The notes: generated from the sequence alone by a model not told the origin. A stretch of DNA of 64,000 bases from an archaeon (GCA_043806035.1 JAZDHK010000001.1:32001-96000), one strand, 5' to 3'; positions 47,035 through 57,255 are shown, counted from the first letter of the stretch. Numbers and translations: made by a program.

Positions 47035-47454
47035 ATGCAGCCGTACGAGTTTTTCGACCACACAGCAGACACGCTGTTCAAGGCGCACGGCAAGAATCTC
47101 GAGGAAGCGTTCGCCAACGCAGCACGAGCACTCACCTCACTCATGGTGGATCCCACACAGGTCAAGGAAGTCGAACGCAGAACGATCAACGTGCAAGGCT
47201 ACGACCTTAAAGCACTGCTCTACAATTTTCTCGAGCACTTCCTGATACTTGTCGACGCGGAAGGATTCATCATGCACGATCTTGAACATGTGGCCATCAA
47301 GCGCGGCAAGACTTTCGAACTGATCGCCTCAGTGACCGGTGATACTGTACGTAACTACGCTCCTGAAATGCATATCAAAGCCATAACATACAACGACATG
47401 CATATTGATGAGAACGAACAACAGGCAACCGTCCAGGTCGTTGTGGATTTGTAA
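47035..47454 (+). CDS. Archease
   Basis: YEFFDHTAD, G..LEEAF.NA, IKAITY, VVVDL; directly upstream of rtcB. Confidence 0.95.
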   Translation: MQPYEFFDHTADTLFKAHGKNLEEAFANAARALTSLMVDPTQVKEVERRTINVQGYDLKALLYNFLEHFLILVDAEGFIMHDLEHVAIKRGKTFELIASVTGDTVRNYAPEMHIKAITYNDMHIDENEQQATVQVVVDL

Positions 47455-47470
47455 TGCTCTGTGTGAGAAC

Positions 47471-50311
47471 ATGACCGACACAAACAGAATCAACTCCTAC
47501 ACGGTAGAATTGCCGCAGCACGACAAGATGCACGTCCCAGGCATAGTCTTTGCCAGCCCCATCCTTTTTGAGAAAATCCAGCAGGACAAGACTCTGGAAC
47601 AGGTGCGGAACGTCGCCTGTCTGCCGGGCATCATCAAGTGGAGCATCGCCATGCCCGATGCCCATCAAGGCTATGGCTTTCCCATCGGTGGCGTGGCCGC
47701 GTTTGATTATGACACAGGCATCATTTCTCCAGGAGGTGTCGGATATGATATTAATTGTCTTCTTCCAGGAACCAACGTCTTGTGCGAACTTGGATACACT
47801 ACACCCATAGAGCAGATAGGGAACGCATTGCCTGTCGAAATCACCTCGAACGGTTTCGGGCTTGCATTTGTCCACAGCGGCATCTGTGTGCGCACACTGG
47901 GTGCAGAAGCTGCAAAACCTGTCGCTGCGTTCATGAAAAAGAAATCGGACAGACGCGTTTTTGAAGTGAAGACCAGAACTGGATTGCAGCTTGCGTGCTC
48001 GGAAGACCACCCTATTTTCACCTCGCAGGGCATGATTGAAGCAGGACTGCTTGTTCCTGGAACAAACGTCGCAGTGTCTTATTTTGAGGGCATTCCCTAT
48101 CAAAAAAGCGAGTGGAAAGACGAGACGGATATGGGAATTGTGGCGAAAGTTTTCGGCTACATGCTCGGTGATGGCAGCCTCACAAGATGGCGGAACAAGT
48201 ATTGCATCCGTGTTTATGGCAAAGAAACGGACATGGCACGAATGCAGAAGGATCTTGCCAGAATAGGCATCAACTCACGCTACACAAAGATATCGCGCAA
48301 TCATCGCATAACAACACAATATGGCGAGAAGACGTTCAGAGGAACCACTACTGAGCTCAGGATCTACTCCAAGAAATTTGCTGAACGGCTGCTCACATTA
48401 GGATTTCCTTTGGGAAACAAGACAGATAAACCATACAGGATTCCTGCCTGGGTTGTGGATGCTCCATTGTGGATTGTACGACTTTTCCTGGCAGGCTTTT
48501 TCGGAGCAGAATTGAGCTCGCCTTCAACACATAGCAAGACAGGGTTCTATGCACCAATACTGAGCCAGAACAAAAGTGCGCGACTTGAGGAGGTGGGTAG
48601 AGAGTTCTTGATAGATATCATGCAGCTTCTCGAGAGATTCGGAGTGAAGGTGACCACCATTGCAAGCAGACAGGAGCATCCGAACAAACAAGGAAAGGTG
48701 ATTCGGCTACGCCTTGAACTTGGCGCAGAAGAGGAGAACCTGCTCGCTCTATGGCGCAAGATAGGATTTGAGTACAATGCGGAGCGTAGCTTATGCGCAG
48801 AGATTGCCTGCAAGTACATACTGCAGAAAAAACGACTGCAGTCAACTCGGGCAATGATCTCGTTTCGTGTGCGGGAACTCAAAAAGCAGGGCTTGCGGTT
48901 GGCCGAGGTGCAACGGCTTTTGGTGCGGCAAGGCGTGGCGAACGCAAGATTCATTGAGCGACAGTATTATGAGTGTGCTGGTCAGAGAATAACCCTCGAT
49001 TTCCCATCGTTTGCAGCATTCGCAAAGGAGCAAGCAGAACGTTATGCCGTTGCAGGAACGCTCTTTGATGTCATTGAGTCTGTAAACATCATGAACTATG
49101 AGGGAGATGTCTACGACATTACCGTGGACACGACGCATAATTTCTTTGCCAACGGCTTTGTGGTGTCCAACTGCGGCGTTCGTCTGCTCAGCACGCCTTT
49201 CACAACAAAAGACCTCGAGGGGAAAAAGCAGCAATTGCTCGATCGGCTCTTCAACTATGTGCCTCCTGGCGTGGGCAGAGACAGTCACGTCAAACTCACC
49301 AAAGAAGACCTAAAAGAAGTGCTCAATACGGGCATCACGTGGTGCATCGCGCACGGCTACGCGACGAAAGAAGACGCGCAGCGTATCGAAGAACAGGGCA
49401 GCATGAGTTCTGCCAATGCGGAAATGGTGTCTGACACGGCATTGTCGCGAGGCATCAAGCAATTGGGGACGCTCGGTAGCGGCAACCACTTCCTCGAACT
49501 GCAGCTCGTCGACAAAATACTGGACAAGAACACGGCCAATGCTTTCGGTATACGTCATGAAGGACAAGTCGTCATCATGATTCACTGCGGCTCACGAGGC
49601 CTGGGGCATCAGGTGTGCAGTGACTACCTCAAAAAAATGGAACAAGAATACGGGACGAGCCACCTGCCCGACAGGGAATTGACGAATGCACCATTCCATT
49701 CCGTGCTGGGCCAGCAGTACTACAAGGCCATGTGCGCAGCAATGAATTTTGCGTTCTGCAACCGGCAGCTCATCACGCATTTCGTCAGAAAGGCTTGCAA
49801 GGATGTCCTCGGCAGCGATGAAAACATTGACATCGTGTATGATGTCTGCCACAACATCGCCAAAGTCGAACAACATCTCATCGACGGCGTGCAGAGAAAA
49901 GTCATCGTCCACCGCAAGGGCGCGACGAGAAGCTTCGGTCCAGGCAGGGAGGAAATTCCTGCTGTGTATCGTGCTCTCGGCCAGCCTATCCTGATCCCTG
50001 GCAGCATGGGGACGGCAAGCTACGTCCTTGTCGGGACGGCAAAGGCAGAGGCATTGAGTTTTGGCAGCACGGCGCACGGTGCAGGCAGGGTCGCATCACG
50101 TACGTACGCACGCGCCACCGTTACTGGCGAAGAAGTGACGAGAGAGCTTGCCGCGAAAGGCATACTCATCAAAGGGGCGTCGAAGAAAGGCATCGCGGAA
50201 GAAGCCCCTGCATTCTATAAGGATGTCGATGAAGTCGTCCGAGTCAGTCATGAGGCAGGCATTGGCAATATCGTTGCACGATTGATCCCTGTTGGTGTCG
50301 TGAAAGGGTAG
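47471..50311 (+). CDS. rtcB: tRNA-splicing/RNA repair ligase RtcB containing an intein
   Basis: MPDAHQGYGFPIG, GYDIN|CGVR, GTLGSGNHF, HCGSRG, HRKGAT, PGSMG, HGAGR. Confidence 0.97.
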   Translation: MTDTNRINSYTVELPQHDKMHVPGIVFASPILFEKIQQDKTLEQVRNVACLPGIIKWSIAMPDAHQGYGFPIGGVAAFDYDTGIISPGGVGYDINCLLPGTNVLCELGYTTPIEQIGNALPVEITSNGFGLAFVHSGICVRTLGAEAAKPVAAFMKKKSDRRVFEVKTRTGLQLACSEDHPIFTSQGMIEAGLLVPGTNVAVSYFEGIPYQKSEWKDETDMGIVAKVFGYMLGDGSLTRWRNKYCIRVYGKETDMARMQKDLARIGINSRYTKISRNHRITTQYGEKTFRGTTTELRIYSKKFAERLLTLGFPLGNKTDKPYRIPAWVVDAPLWIVRLFLAGFFGAELSSPSTHSKTGFYAPILSQNKSARLEEVGREFLIDIMQLLERFGVKVTTIASRQEHPNKQGKVIRLRLELGAEEENLLALWRKIGFEYNAERSLCAEIACKYILQKKRLQSTRAMISFRVRELKKQGLRLAEVQRLLVRQGVANARFIERQYYECAGQRITLDFPSFAAFAKEQAERYAVAGTLFDVIESVNIMNYEGDVYDITVDTTHNFFANGFVVSNCGVRLLSTPFTTKDLEGKKQQLLDRLFNYVPPGVGRDSHVKLTKEDLKEVLNTGITWCIAHGYATKEDAQRIEEQGSMSSANAEMVSDTALSRGIKQLGTLGSGNHFLELQLVDKILDKNTANAFGIRHEGQVVIMIHCGSRGLGHQVCSDYLKKMEQEYGTSHLPDRELTNAPFHSVLGQQYYKAMCAAMNFAFCNRQLITHFVRKACKDVLGSDENIDIVYDVCHNIAKVEQHLIDGVQRKVIVHRKGATRSFGPGREEIPAVYRALGQPILIPGSMGTASYVLVGTAKAEALSFGSTAHGAGRVASRTYARATVTGEEVTRELAAKGILIKGASKKGIAEEAPAFYKDVDEVVRVSHEAGIGNIVARLIPVGVVKG
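47756..49171 (+). mobile_element. Intein (472 aa) with LAGLIDADG homing endonuclease in RtcB
   Basis: N-terminal CLLPGT, block B SEDHP, FGYMLGDG and FLAGFFGAE, VYDITV..THNFFANGFVVSN|C. Confidence 0.95.
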
Positions 50312-50461
50312 TGCATTGTTTTTTTGTTCTTTTACTTTTTTGTTTGCCCCTGTTTTAGCACGCACCAATGTATCACATTATAAAGTATACTAGTATACTA
50401 TTTTATATATTAGCATACGTAAATAGAAAATTTTATATAGTTCGACATCTTAACAGAGTGC

Positions 50462-50785
50462 ATGTCACTCACTACCTTACTGAGAAGAAGCAGCTACGAG
50501 GCAGGCAACACACTCGAGCTGCACCGTAAGTACACCTTCCTCGAGGACGTCGCTGTCGTGACAGAGAAGAAAAAAGAAAGTACTGACTGTTCCTTCGTCT
50601 TTTCAGGAAAACACACGTGGGAGGTATATGATAAAACGACCGCGTACAACGTCGGCGATAAAGTACGCGTCCTGTATGCTCTTGCCCGGCATTACATCAA
50701 AGATTATCTCCCTCCTGATTTCACAGAGAAAAAAACAATACGGGACATGACCGACAGATTCTACATCAACATCATCAAATGCTAA
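50462..50785 (+). CDS. Hypothetical protein (possible OB-like fold)
   Basis: 107-aa ORF; AYNVGDKVRVLY. Confidence 0.5.
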   Translation: MSLTTLLRRSSYEAGNTLELHRKYTFLEDVAVVTEKKKESTDCSFVFSGKHTWEVYDKTTAYNVGDKVRVLYALARHYIKDYLPPDFTEKKTIRDMTDRFYINIIKC

Positions 50786-50807
50786 CGCACTATACATGTG
50801 TTTCTTA

Positions 50808-51410
50808 CTAGAACTCAAGGATTCTTCCGTGCCTGCCGACATTGATGACCTTTGTCTTGCCCACCTTCTCCTCAATGCCTTCTGCCTCATGCACGTGGCT
50901 ACAGAGCAAAATATCGGGCTTGAACTGCTCAACCGCCTTGCGCACGCCCGTGCTGCCCTTGAAAAAATTCGTGAACTTCTCCATTGTCGTCTCGGTAGGA
51001 TGCACGTGCGTCACCATGATCTTCGTCTTCATGCTCTTGATCTTCTCAAATCCTTCCTTCAACAGTCCATAGATTTCCTTCTCATTCAACTGATGAATGC
51101 CCAGATTCACACCAGAGCAACCAAAAAAACCAACGTCCTTATGCTTTATTGCATAGCCGTGCAGATTCACTGCACCATACACTTCCGCAAGAAAATCAAC
51201 CGTCGCTATGCTCTCATGATTTCCCGGCACCATGATGACCTTCTTCTTCCTCTTTACAAATGGGCCGATGATGTTCTTCGTATCCTGCTCTCTTTCCGTG
51301 AGATCACCACACAAAATGACCAAGTCGACATTCTCCTTCTCGGCACGAAGGGCCAGCTTCTCTGATATGCTACTGTCTCCCTGAATGTCCCCTGCTGCAA
51401 GAATTTTCAT
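50808..51410 (-). CDS. Metallophosphoesterase
   Basis: AGDIQG, CGDL, PGNHE, VTHVHP, CSHVHE, NVG. Confidence 0.9.
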   Translation of the reverse strand: MKILAAGDIQGDSSISEKLALRAEKENVDLVILCGDLTEREQDTKNIIGPFVKRKKKVIMVPGNHESIATVDFLAEVYGAVNLHGYAIKHKDVGFFGCSGVNLGIHQLNEKEIYGLLKEGFEKIKSMKTKIMVTHVHPTETTMEKFTNFFKGSTGVRKAVEQFKPDILLCSHVHEAEGIEEKVGKTKVINVGRHGRILEF

Positions 51411-51976
51411 TATCTCTCCTTGATCTGGACCTTTTCCTTCTCCAAATGTACGAGCGTCGATGGTTTGCCGATGAGCTTGCCCTCGTTGATGACGAAATGA
51501 ACGTATTCTTTGAGGCGTGGATCGAGATCCTCGATGCACGTCATGATATCATCTCCTGTTGCATTCGCGCTGGTCGTGATGAACGGGACATTCGCTTCCT
51601 CGACGAGTTTGCTGATCCAGTGTTTAGGAATCCTGACACCAATGGTGGGTAGTCCGTTGTTCACATTGCTCGCGACAGCGTCTTTGTTTTTGAGTGGCAG
51701 AATCAGCGTGAACGAGCCCGGCAATTGCTTCAGCCATGCCTCTGCTTCGGGGCTGAGCGTGCAGTTCTCCTTAATCCAATGTTTGGATGGTGCAATAATC
51801 GAGAACGGCTGTACATTGCTCTTCTTCGCTTCTCTGATTCTTGCCACGAGTTTCTTGTCGAGTGCGTTGCAACCTATGCCATAGATAGTATCTGTGGGGT
51901 AGATGAAGATGCTTTTTGTCAGTTCTTTCCTGAACTTGCGTTGCTCCACTTCTTCTTTCGAGAGAATCCTGCACAT
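51410..51976 (-). CDS. Threonylcarbamoyl-AMP synthase (TsaC/Sua5/YrdC)
   Basis: IYPTDTIYGIGC, PGSFTLIL, IGVRIP, TTSAN, PSTLV. Confidence 0.93.
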   Translation of the reverse strand: MCRILSKEEVEQRKFRKELTKSIFIYPTDTIYGIGCNALDKKLVARIREAKKSNVQPFSIIAPSKHWIKENCTLSPEAEAWLKQLPGSFTLILPLKNKDAVASNVNNGLPTIGVRIPKHWISKLVEEANVPFITTSANATGDDIMTCIEDLDPRLKEYVHFVINEGKLIGKPSTLVHLEKEKVQIKER

Positions 51977-52048
51977 ACGTTCGGGCAATGCGGTGTTCTT
52001 TAAAAATCTAGTGCTAACATTTAAAAATGCAAGGTCATTCCGTGGAAT

Positions 52049-53053
52049 GTGACACATGTATCCAAAGGACGGGAACCAATACGCTTTCCCACCGAAAGTG
52101 TGAAAGAGAAGCAATGTACGGGCTATGTGCTCACTGCAGAGAACGCATCCAACGCAAGCAAACATCCACTTGTCATCTATGTACACGGGTTAGGGGGAAA
52201 CGCTGCTGCAGAAGCGACAAGACAGTTTACTGATTATTTTCGTGTGCACGCCATAACGAGCTTGGCGTTGAACCTGCCGGGGCATGGTGAACCTGCATTC
52301 ATGAGTGCAGGCAGTAAGGAATCAGCGCTCCGTCTCGACGCAAATGTTGCCTGCGTTAAGAAAGCAATAGAGTATGCGGCCTCTCGACAAGATATCCTTC
52401 TCGAAAAAATATATTTGTATGGAACGGGTTCTGGAGGTCCCATTGCACTCGCCACTGCAGTTCAGGATGAACGTATCAAAGCAGTAGCCACGAGATCATG
52501 CCTGCTCGACGTCCTGAACAATACTGCTGTGCACAAGATGATTCACGGCATGTTTGATCCTCGTGGAACAAAACACCTTTCTAACCCACACTTCACGGCA
52601 GACATCATCCATGACATGCTCCCCCCTGCGGCTGATGGAGAATTCTCCTACATTACGCAGTGCGCAAAACAGCTCAAGGAACGACACCTGCCAGTCATGT
52701 ATTGTTTCAGCACGTACGATCAATACATCCCTCTCGAACACCAACTGCGACTCGCACAAGATCTCTGCATTCCCACAGCGTATCTCGAGGCAATGATTGA
52801 AGTCATGCAGAACCATTCTCGAAACCAGTCTGATGATGATATTCTTAGACGAGAGGAGCTGCTCATGAACAAAGGCGTCTCTCTCGCGAACGGCATCATG
52901 GACCTCAACCCCTATCATGACACGATCATTTGGAGGGAGTATTTTGGTGCTGACAATCCTATGGACAATAAAATAAGCAAAAAAAGAAATTACTTCGAGA
53001 ATGTCATAAAGAACGTCACCGCATTCTTCATCAAGCAAATAGAAAACATTTAG
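52049..53053 (+). CDS. Alpha/beta hydrolase-fold protein with atypical nucleophile elbow
   Basis: YVHGLGG, NLPGHGE, IYLYGTGSGG, DERIKAVA. Confidence 0.7.
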   Translation: MTHVSKGREPIRFPTESVKEKQCTGYVLTAENASNASKHPLVIYVHGLGGNAAAEATRQFTDYFRVHAITSLALNLPGHGEPAFMSAGSKESALRLDANVACVKKAIEYAASRQDILLEKIYLYGTGSGGPIALATAVQDERIKAVATRSCLLDVLNNTAVHKMIHGMFDPRGTKHLSNPHFTADIIHDMLPPAADGEFSYITQCAKQLKERHLPVMYCFSTYDQYIPLEHQLRLAQDLCIPTAYLEAMIEVMQNHSRNQSDDDILRREELLMNKGVSLANGIMDLNPYHDTIIWREYFGADNPMDNKISKKRNYFENVIKNVTAFFIKQIENI

Positions 53054-53157
53054 GCGATCTCTGCAAGGTATTTTTGGTATTCTCGTTCCTCTCCAGGCAA
53101 GATGAGCCGTTTTTCTTGCAGTATTTTGAGGACGTCTCTCGTGTAGCTCTCTTTCAT
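53050..53157 (-). CDS. 35-aa small protein, not in ORF track
   Basis: MKESYTRDVLKILQEKRLILPGEEREYQKYLAEIA; GGTGA SD; ATGA overlap with the upstream small ORF. Confidence 0.5.
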   Translation of the reverse strand: MKESYTRDVLKILQEKRLILPGEEREYQKYLAEIA

Positions 53158-53285
53158 GGTCTCACCCATTGGTCGCTGAACTGATAGTCAAAGGACTTGT
53201 GCCAGTCCTTTCCTTTCACGCTCAGCTGTCGCAGCTGCTGGAAGCAGAGCTGTTCGATGAATGCGGTATTTTCATGAGGTTGCAT
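53154..53285 (-). CDS. 43-aa small protein, not in ORF track
   Basis: MQPHENTAFIEQLCFQQLRQLSVKGKDWHKSFDYQFSDQWVRP; SD AGGTGA 4 nt before ATG. Confidence 0.5.
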   Translation of the reverse strand: MQPHENTAFIEQLCFQQLRQLSVKGKDWHKSFDYQFSDQWVRP

Positions 53286-53297
53286 AGTTTCACCTTT

Positions 53298-53387
53298 GGG
53301 ATCAAACCGCCGGAACGGGCACGTGGCATGCTGGAAGACTGGGCTTCTTACGCTCTGGGGAAAGCGCCATTCCGGCTTTGACCATCC
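53298..53387 (-). ncRNA. Candidate cloverleaf (four-way junction) leader RNA
   Basis: Closing stem GCCGGAAUGG/CCGUUCCGGC plus three internal hairpins; G-U pairs valid only on the minus strand; TATA-like box about 25 nt upstream. Confidence 0.5.
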
Positions 53388-53638
53388 TAGTACAATCAGG
53401 GTGAGTTGTATTTATATGCGCTGCGCGAGGTTGTCCAGTGGTTTTTCCGCCGTGTTGCACTGTCTAGAACTACAAGGAAACAGGAAATCAACAGAAATTT
53501 GGCTTCGTGTCCAGTGCTAGAAAACCTGCAATTAACAACTTATGTGAACTAGATTCTGTGCACATACCTAATTTATAGGGAGACAATTTCCAGAGATATC
53601 TTGCTTTTTTACACACTGAAAATCGTTGACTTCACGCT

Positions 53639-54418
53639 CTAGCCGAACGCGCCGTTCAAATAATCTTTTGTGAGCTTGTCTTTTGGTTTGCTGAAAAGCT
53701 GTTTCGTTGGTCCGTACTCGACCAGCTTGCCGTGCAGCAAGTACGCGGTGTAATCGCTGATGCGTCTCGCCTGGTGCATGTTGTGCGTCACGATGATGAT
53801 GGTCTTCTCTTCCTTCAGTTTAATCAGCAACCTCTCTATTTTTGCCGTCGCGATAGGGTCGAGTGCGGAACACGGCTCATCCAGCAGAATGACATCGGGC
53901 TGTATGGCCAGAGCGCGGGCAATGCAAAGACGCTGCTGCTGGCCACCAGAAAGCTTGAATGCAGACACGTGCAGCTTATCCTTGACCTCCTCCCAAAGGT
54001 CTGCCTTCTCGAGGCTCTGCCGCACTATTCTTTCAATATAGTCTTTGCTTGCGTGCTGCAATCGTACACCATATGCGACATTCTCGAAAACACTCATGGG
54101 AAAAGGATTGGGTTTCTGAAATACCATGCCGATATTCCTGCGTAATTCCACCACATCTGTTGTGGGTAGCAAGATGTTCTTGCGCCGGTAGAGAATGTTT
54201 CCCCTGACTTTTGCCGAGAGGACGAGATCGTTCATGCGATTGAGGCAGCGAAGCAATGTGGATTTGCCGCAGCCTGACGGGCCGATGAGTGCAGTGATCT
54301 TCTTTTTTGGGATGACCATGCTGACCTCGTACAGGATCTGTTTCTCGTCATACCACACACTTACCTTGTGCAGTAGGAGGCGCTGCTGAGCGAGTGGGTC
54401 GAGCAATGCATCTACCAT
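53639..54418 (-). CDS. pstB: Phosphate ABC transporter ATPase
   Basis: GPSGCGKST, NRMND, MVFQKPNPFP, LSGGQQQRLCIAR, DEPCSALDP. Confidence 0.97.
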   Translation of the reverse strand: MVDALLDPLAQQRLLLHKVSVWYDEKQILYEVSMVIPKKKITALIGPSGCGKSTLLRCLNRMNDLVLSAKVRGNILYRRKNILLPTTDVVELRRNIGMVFQKPNPFPMSVFENVAYGVRLQHASKDYIERIVRQSLEKADLWEEVKDKLHVSAFKLSGGQQQRLCIARALAIQPDVILLDEPCSALDPIATAKIERLLIKLKEEKTIIIVTHNMHQARRISDYTAYLLHGKLVEYGPTKQLFSKPKDKLTKDYLNGAFG

Positions 54419-54422
54419 GTGA

Positions 54423-55301
54423 TCACCATTCTTTTTTCTTTCGTAACCTGTGCCTGATGAGGAATGCGCCTATGTTGAGCAAGGAGGTGAGCAGGATGAG
54501 CACGAGCGCCGTGCCGAGCGCGTACTGCATGGCTGATGCATCTGCATGCTGCGTTGCAAGGATGAACGCATGATAGGGCAGAGCCATGAACTTGTCCAAT
54601 GGAGAGAATGAAATGTAACCCATGTAGAACGTTGCTCCTACTATGATAATGGGTGCAGTCTCCCCCATCGCGCGGGACATGCCGAGGATACCTCCCGTGA
54701 GCATGCCTCCGCTCGCATGCGGCAATACATTTTTGTGTATCGTCTGCCACTGCGTCGCTCCAAGAGCAAGGCTGCCTTCCCTAAATCCTGCAGGAACTGT
54801 CTTGAGCGCCTCCTCGCTTGCCGTGATGATCCAAGGCAGTGTCATGCAGCTGAGCGTGAGAATTGCAGCGAGCAACGACGTCCCCAAATGAAGAGAAAGC
54901 ACAAAAAATGCGAGGCCGAACACGCCGTAGATAACGCTCGGCACACCAGCCAAATTTCTTACAGAAAGCGCAATGATTCTGCGGAACAGCGTATCCTTGG
55001 CGTACTCGTTGAGATAGATCGCTGTTGCCATGCCTATCGGCAGAGTAACCACGACGACGCCAATGCAGAGGAAGACCGTGCCGATGATTGCCTGGATGAT
55101 GCCTCCCTTGGCAATATTTTGATGTGACCAGATATTTGTGAGGAAGTGCCAGCTCATCACTGAAGATCCCTTGATGAGAAGATAGGCGAGCACGAGCAGC
55201 AGGATGATTAATGAGAGGAATGCAGCTGCGCGAAAGAGAAAAAAATAGATGCGTTGTCGTGCTTGTTCGTCGATGAAAGGATGCACTGCACTGCCTTTCA
55301 T
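54423..55301 (-). CDS. pstA: Phosphate ABC transporter permease
   Basis: AIYLNEYA, NLAGVPSVIYG.FG, REGSLALGAT.WQ, SRAMGETAP. Confidence 0.95.
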   Translation of the reverse strand: MKGSAVHPFIDEQARQRIYFFLFRAAAFLSLIILLLVLAYLLIKGSSVMSWHFLTNIWSHQNIAKGGIIQAIIGTVFLCIGVVVVTLPIGMATAIYLNEYAKDTLFRRIIALSVRNLAGVPSVIYGVFGLAFFVLSLHLGTSLLAAILTLSCMTLPWIITASEEALKTVPAGFREGSLALGATQWQTIHKNVLPHASGGMLTGGILGMSRAMGETAPIIIVGATFYMGYISFSPLDKFMALPYHAFILATQHADASAMQYALGTALVLILLTSLLNIGAFLIRHRLRKKKEW

Positions 55302-55311
55302 GCGAGCACAC

Positions 55312-56193
55312 TCACCATTTGTGCCTCCTGATCTGCCGATCAAGAATAAGATCTGCTATGAGATTGACAAGGAACGTCATGAGGAAGAGCACGATGGCGA
55401 TGGCGAACAACGCCTGATAGTGCAGGCTTCCCTGGACGACTTCCTTGATCTCGATGGCGATGTTTGCCGTCATAGGACGAACGGCGTCGAAAAACGAATG
55501 CGGAAAGGCAAGCGCGTTGCCCGCGAGCATGAGCACTGCCATGGTCTCTCCTACTGCCCTGCCGAGGCCGAGCATGACTGCGGCGATGATGCCCGAGCTT
55601 GCAGCTGGCAGCAAGGTCATGCGTATGGTCTGCCAATGGCTCGCACCAAGAGCGAGGCTAGCTTCCTTGAACTCATTTGGGAGGGCAGTGAGGACGTCCT
55701 CGCTTATGCTGATGATGGTGGGCAGGACCATGATGGACACAATGATGCTGGCGGTGAGCGCGTTCAATCCTGATGATAAGCCGAAGAGTGCAGCAATTGC
55801 AGGAGCGAGCACGATCAAGCCGAGCAGGCCAAGCACAACAGAGGGTATGCCTGCAATCATCTCAATGACTGGCTTGATGACCTCTCGTGTTTTTGGAGAG
55901 GCAATCTCTGCAAGGTAGATTGCGCTTGCAATGCCCAAGGGTATGGCAAATGCCATCGCACCTATCGTCGTCAGCAGCGTTCCTACAATCATACCGGTGA
56001 TGCCCCAGCCCTTATCATACCCATCAGGATTCCATTTTGTGCCGAAGAACTCTCCTAACGGAATGTGCTGGAATGCCTGTATTCCTGTTGTGAAGAGAAA
56101 AATAAAGATGCCGCATAGCACCAGCAACGCTGAAATGCTGACGACGGCAAAAAAAAGTCTTACCTTATCCAAGACTCTCGACCACGGCGACAT
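55312..56193 (-). CDS. pstC: Phosphate ABC transporter permease
   Basis: KPVIEMIAGIPSVV, EASLALGA..WQ, GRAVGETMAV; start uncertain. Confidence 0.93.
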   Translation of the reverse strand: MSPWSRVLDKVRLFFAVVSISALLVLCGIFIFLFTTGIQAFQHIPLGEFFGTKWNPDGYDKGWGITGMIVGTLLTTIGAMAFAIPLGIASAIYLAEIASPKTREVIKPVIEMIAGIPSVVLGLLGLIVLAPAIAALFGLSSGLNALTASIIVSIMVLPTIISISEDVLTALPNEFKEASLALGASHWQTIRMTLLPAASSGIIAAVMLGLGRAVGETMAVLMLAGNALAFPHSFFDAVRPMTANIAIEIKEVVQGSLHYQALFAIAIVLFLMTFLVNLIADLILDRQIRRHKW

Positions 56194-57124
56194 TCTTGCG
56201 GATATCTTCATGGCTGAGTGGGATGAAGCCCGCTTTCTGTGCTATCTGCTGGCCTTCCGCACTGAGCGAGAACAGCAAGAATGCTTTTGCCGCGTCCTTT
56301 GTCACGTACAGATTGAGTGACCGCGAGACAGGATACGTGTCATGCTTTGTTGGATCAAGCGGGCTCAGATACGGGTCCGTGCTCGTTTTTGCTACCTTGA
56401 TGACATGGATGCCTGACACTTGCTGGCCATTCTCATCTGCTGCATATCCTAACCCCACGTAGCCAATGCCTGTCGTGTCTTGGCGCACTGCGTCGACGAT
56501 TGCCTGGTTGCCTTCCATATTTCTCATGTTTTGGCTGTAATCGCTTTTTACCACATCTTCCATGAAGAATGCATACGTGCCTGAACTGCTCTGTCTGCCA
56601 TAGAGCGTTATTTTCTTGTCCATGCCACCAACGGCCTTCCAGTTAGTGATATCTCCCTTGTAGATCTTGCTAATCTGATCCATGGTGAGCTGCTGGACGG
56701 GATTGTCTTTATGGACTATGACAGAGAGCATATCCCGTGCAATCATGACTTGGCTGATGCTTATTCCCTTCTGCTTAGCAGTAGCGTATTCTTCATCTTT
56801 CATGAGCCGAGAGCTCGTCGCTATGCGAATCTCGTCGTTCAGCAAGGCCGCGATGCCCGTCCCCGACCCTCCTCCAGTGACGCTAATCTTCACTAATGGA
56901 TCCTTTGCAGAATAGGCTTCAGCAAGGTTGCTGACAAGCTGTAGTAACGTATCTGACCCCTTAATGGTTATTTCTGTTGTGGCATGCTTTTGTATCTGAG
57001 CAACAGGCTGTGCGGCCGGCGTTTTTACGACGACTTGCCCTGTGGTTGCTGGTTGTGTTGTGCATGCAAGCAGACCTGCAGAAAGGACAACCAGTACAAT
57101 AACAAACATGGCAGTACATTTCAT
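56165..57124 (-). CDS. pstS: Phosphate-binding lipoprotein
   Basis: Lipobox LLAC, KGSDT, GGGSGTGIAAL, GRQSSSGTY, YPVSR.L. Confidence 0.95.
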   Translation of the reverse strand: MKCTAMFVIVLVVLSAGLLACTTQPATTGQVVVKTPAAQPVAQIQKHATTEITIKGSDTLLQLVSNLAEAYSAKDPLVKISVTGGGSGTGIAALLNDEIRIATSSRLMKDEEYATAKQKGISISQVMIARDMLSVIVHKDNPVQQLTMDQISKIYKGDITNWKAVGGMDKKITLYGRQSSSGTYAFFMEDVVKSDYSQNMRNMEGNQAIVDAVRQDTTGIGYVGLGYAADENGQQVSGIHVIKVAKTSTDPYLSPLDPTKHDTYPVSRSLNLYVTKDAAKAFLLFSLSAEGQQIAQKAGFIPLSHEDIRKNVAVVESLG

Positions 57125-57255
57125 ACATCTCACCTCTGACACGTTGTGTCTGATGAAGTGGCCGTATTGGATTATATATTGCTATTCTACATAAACTATA
57201 TAGTCAACAAAAAATTTATATATGACTGGTGTTGGACAAAGCCAAGAGGTGTAAC

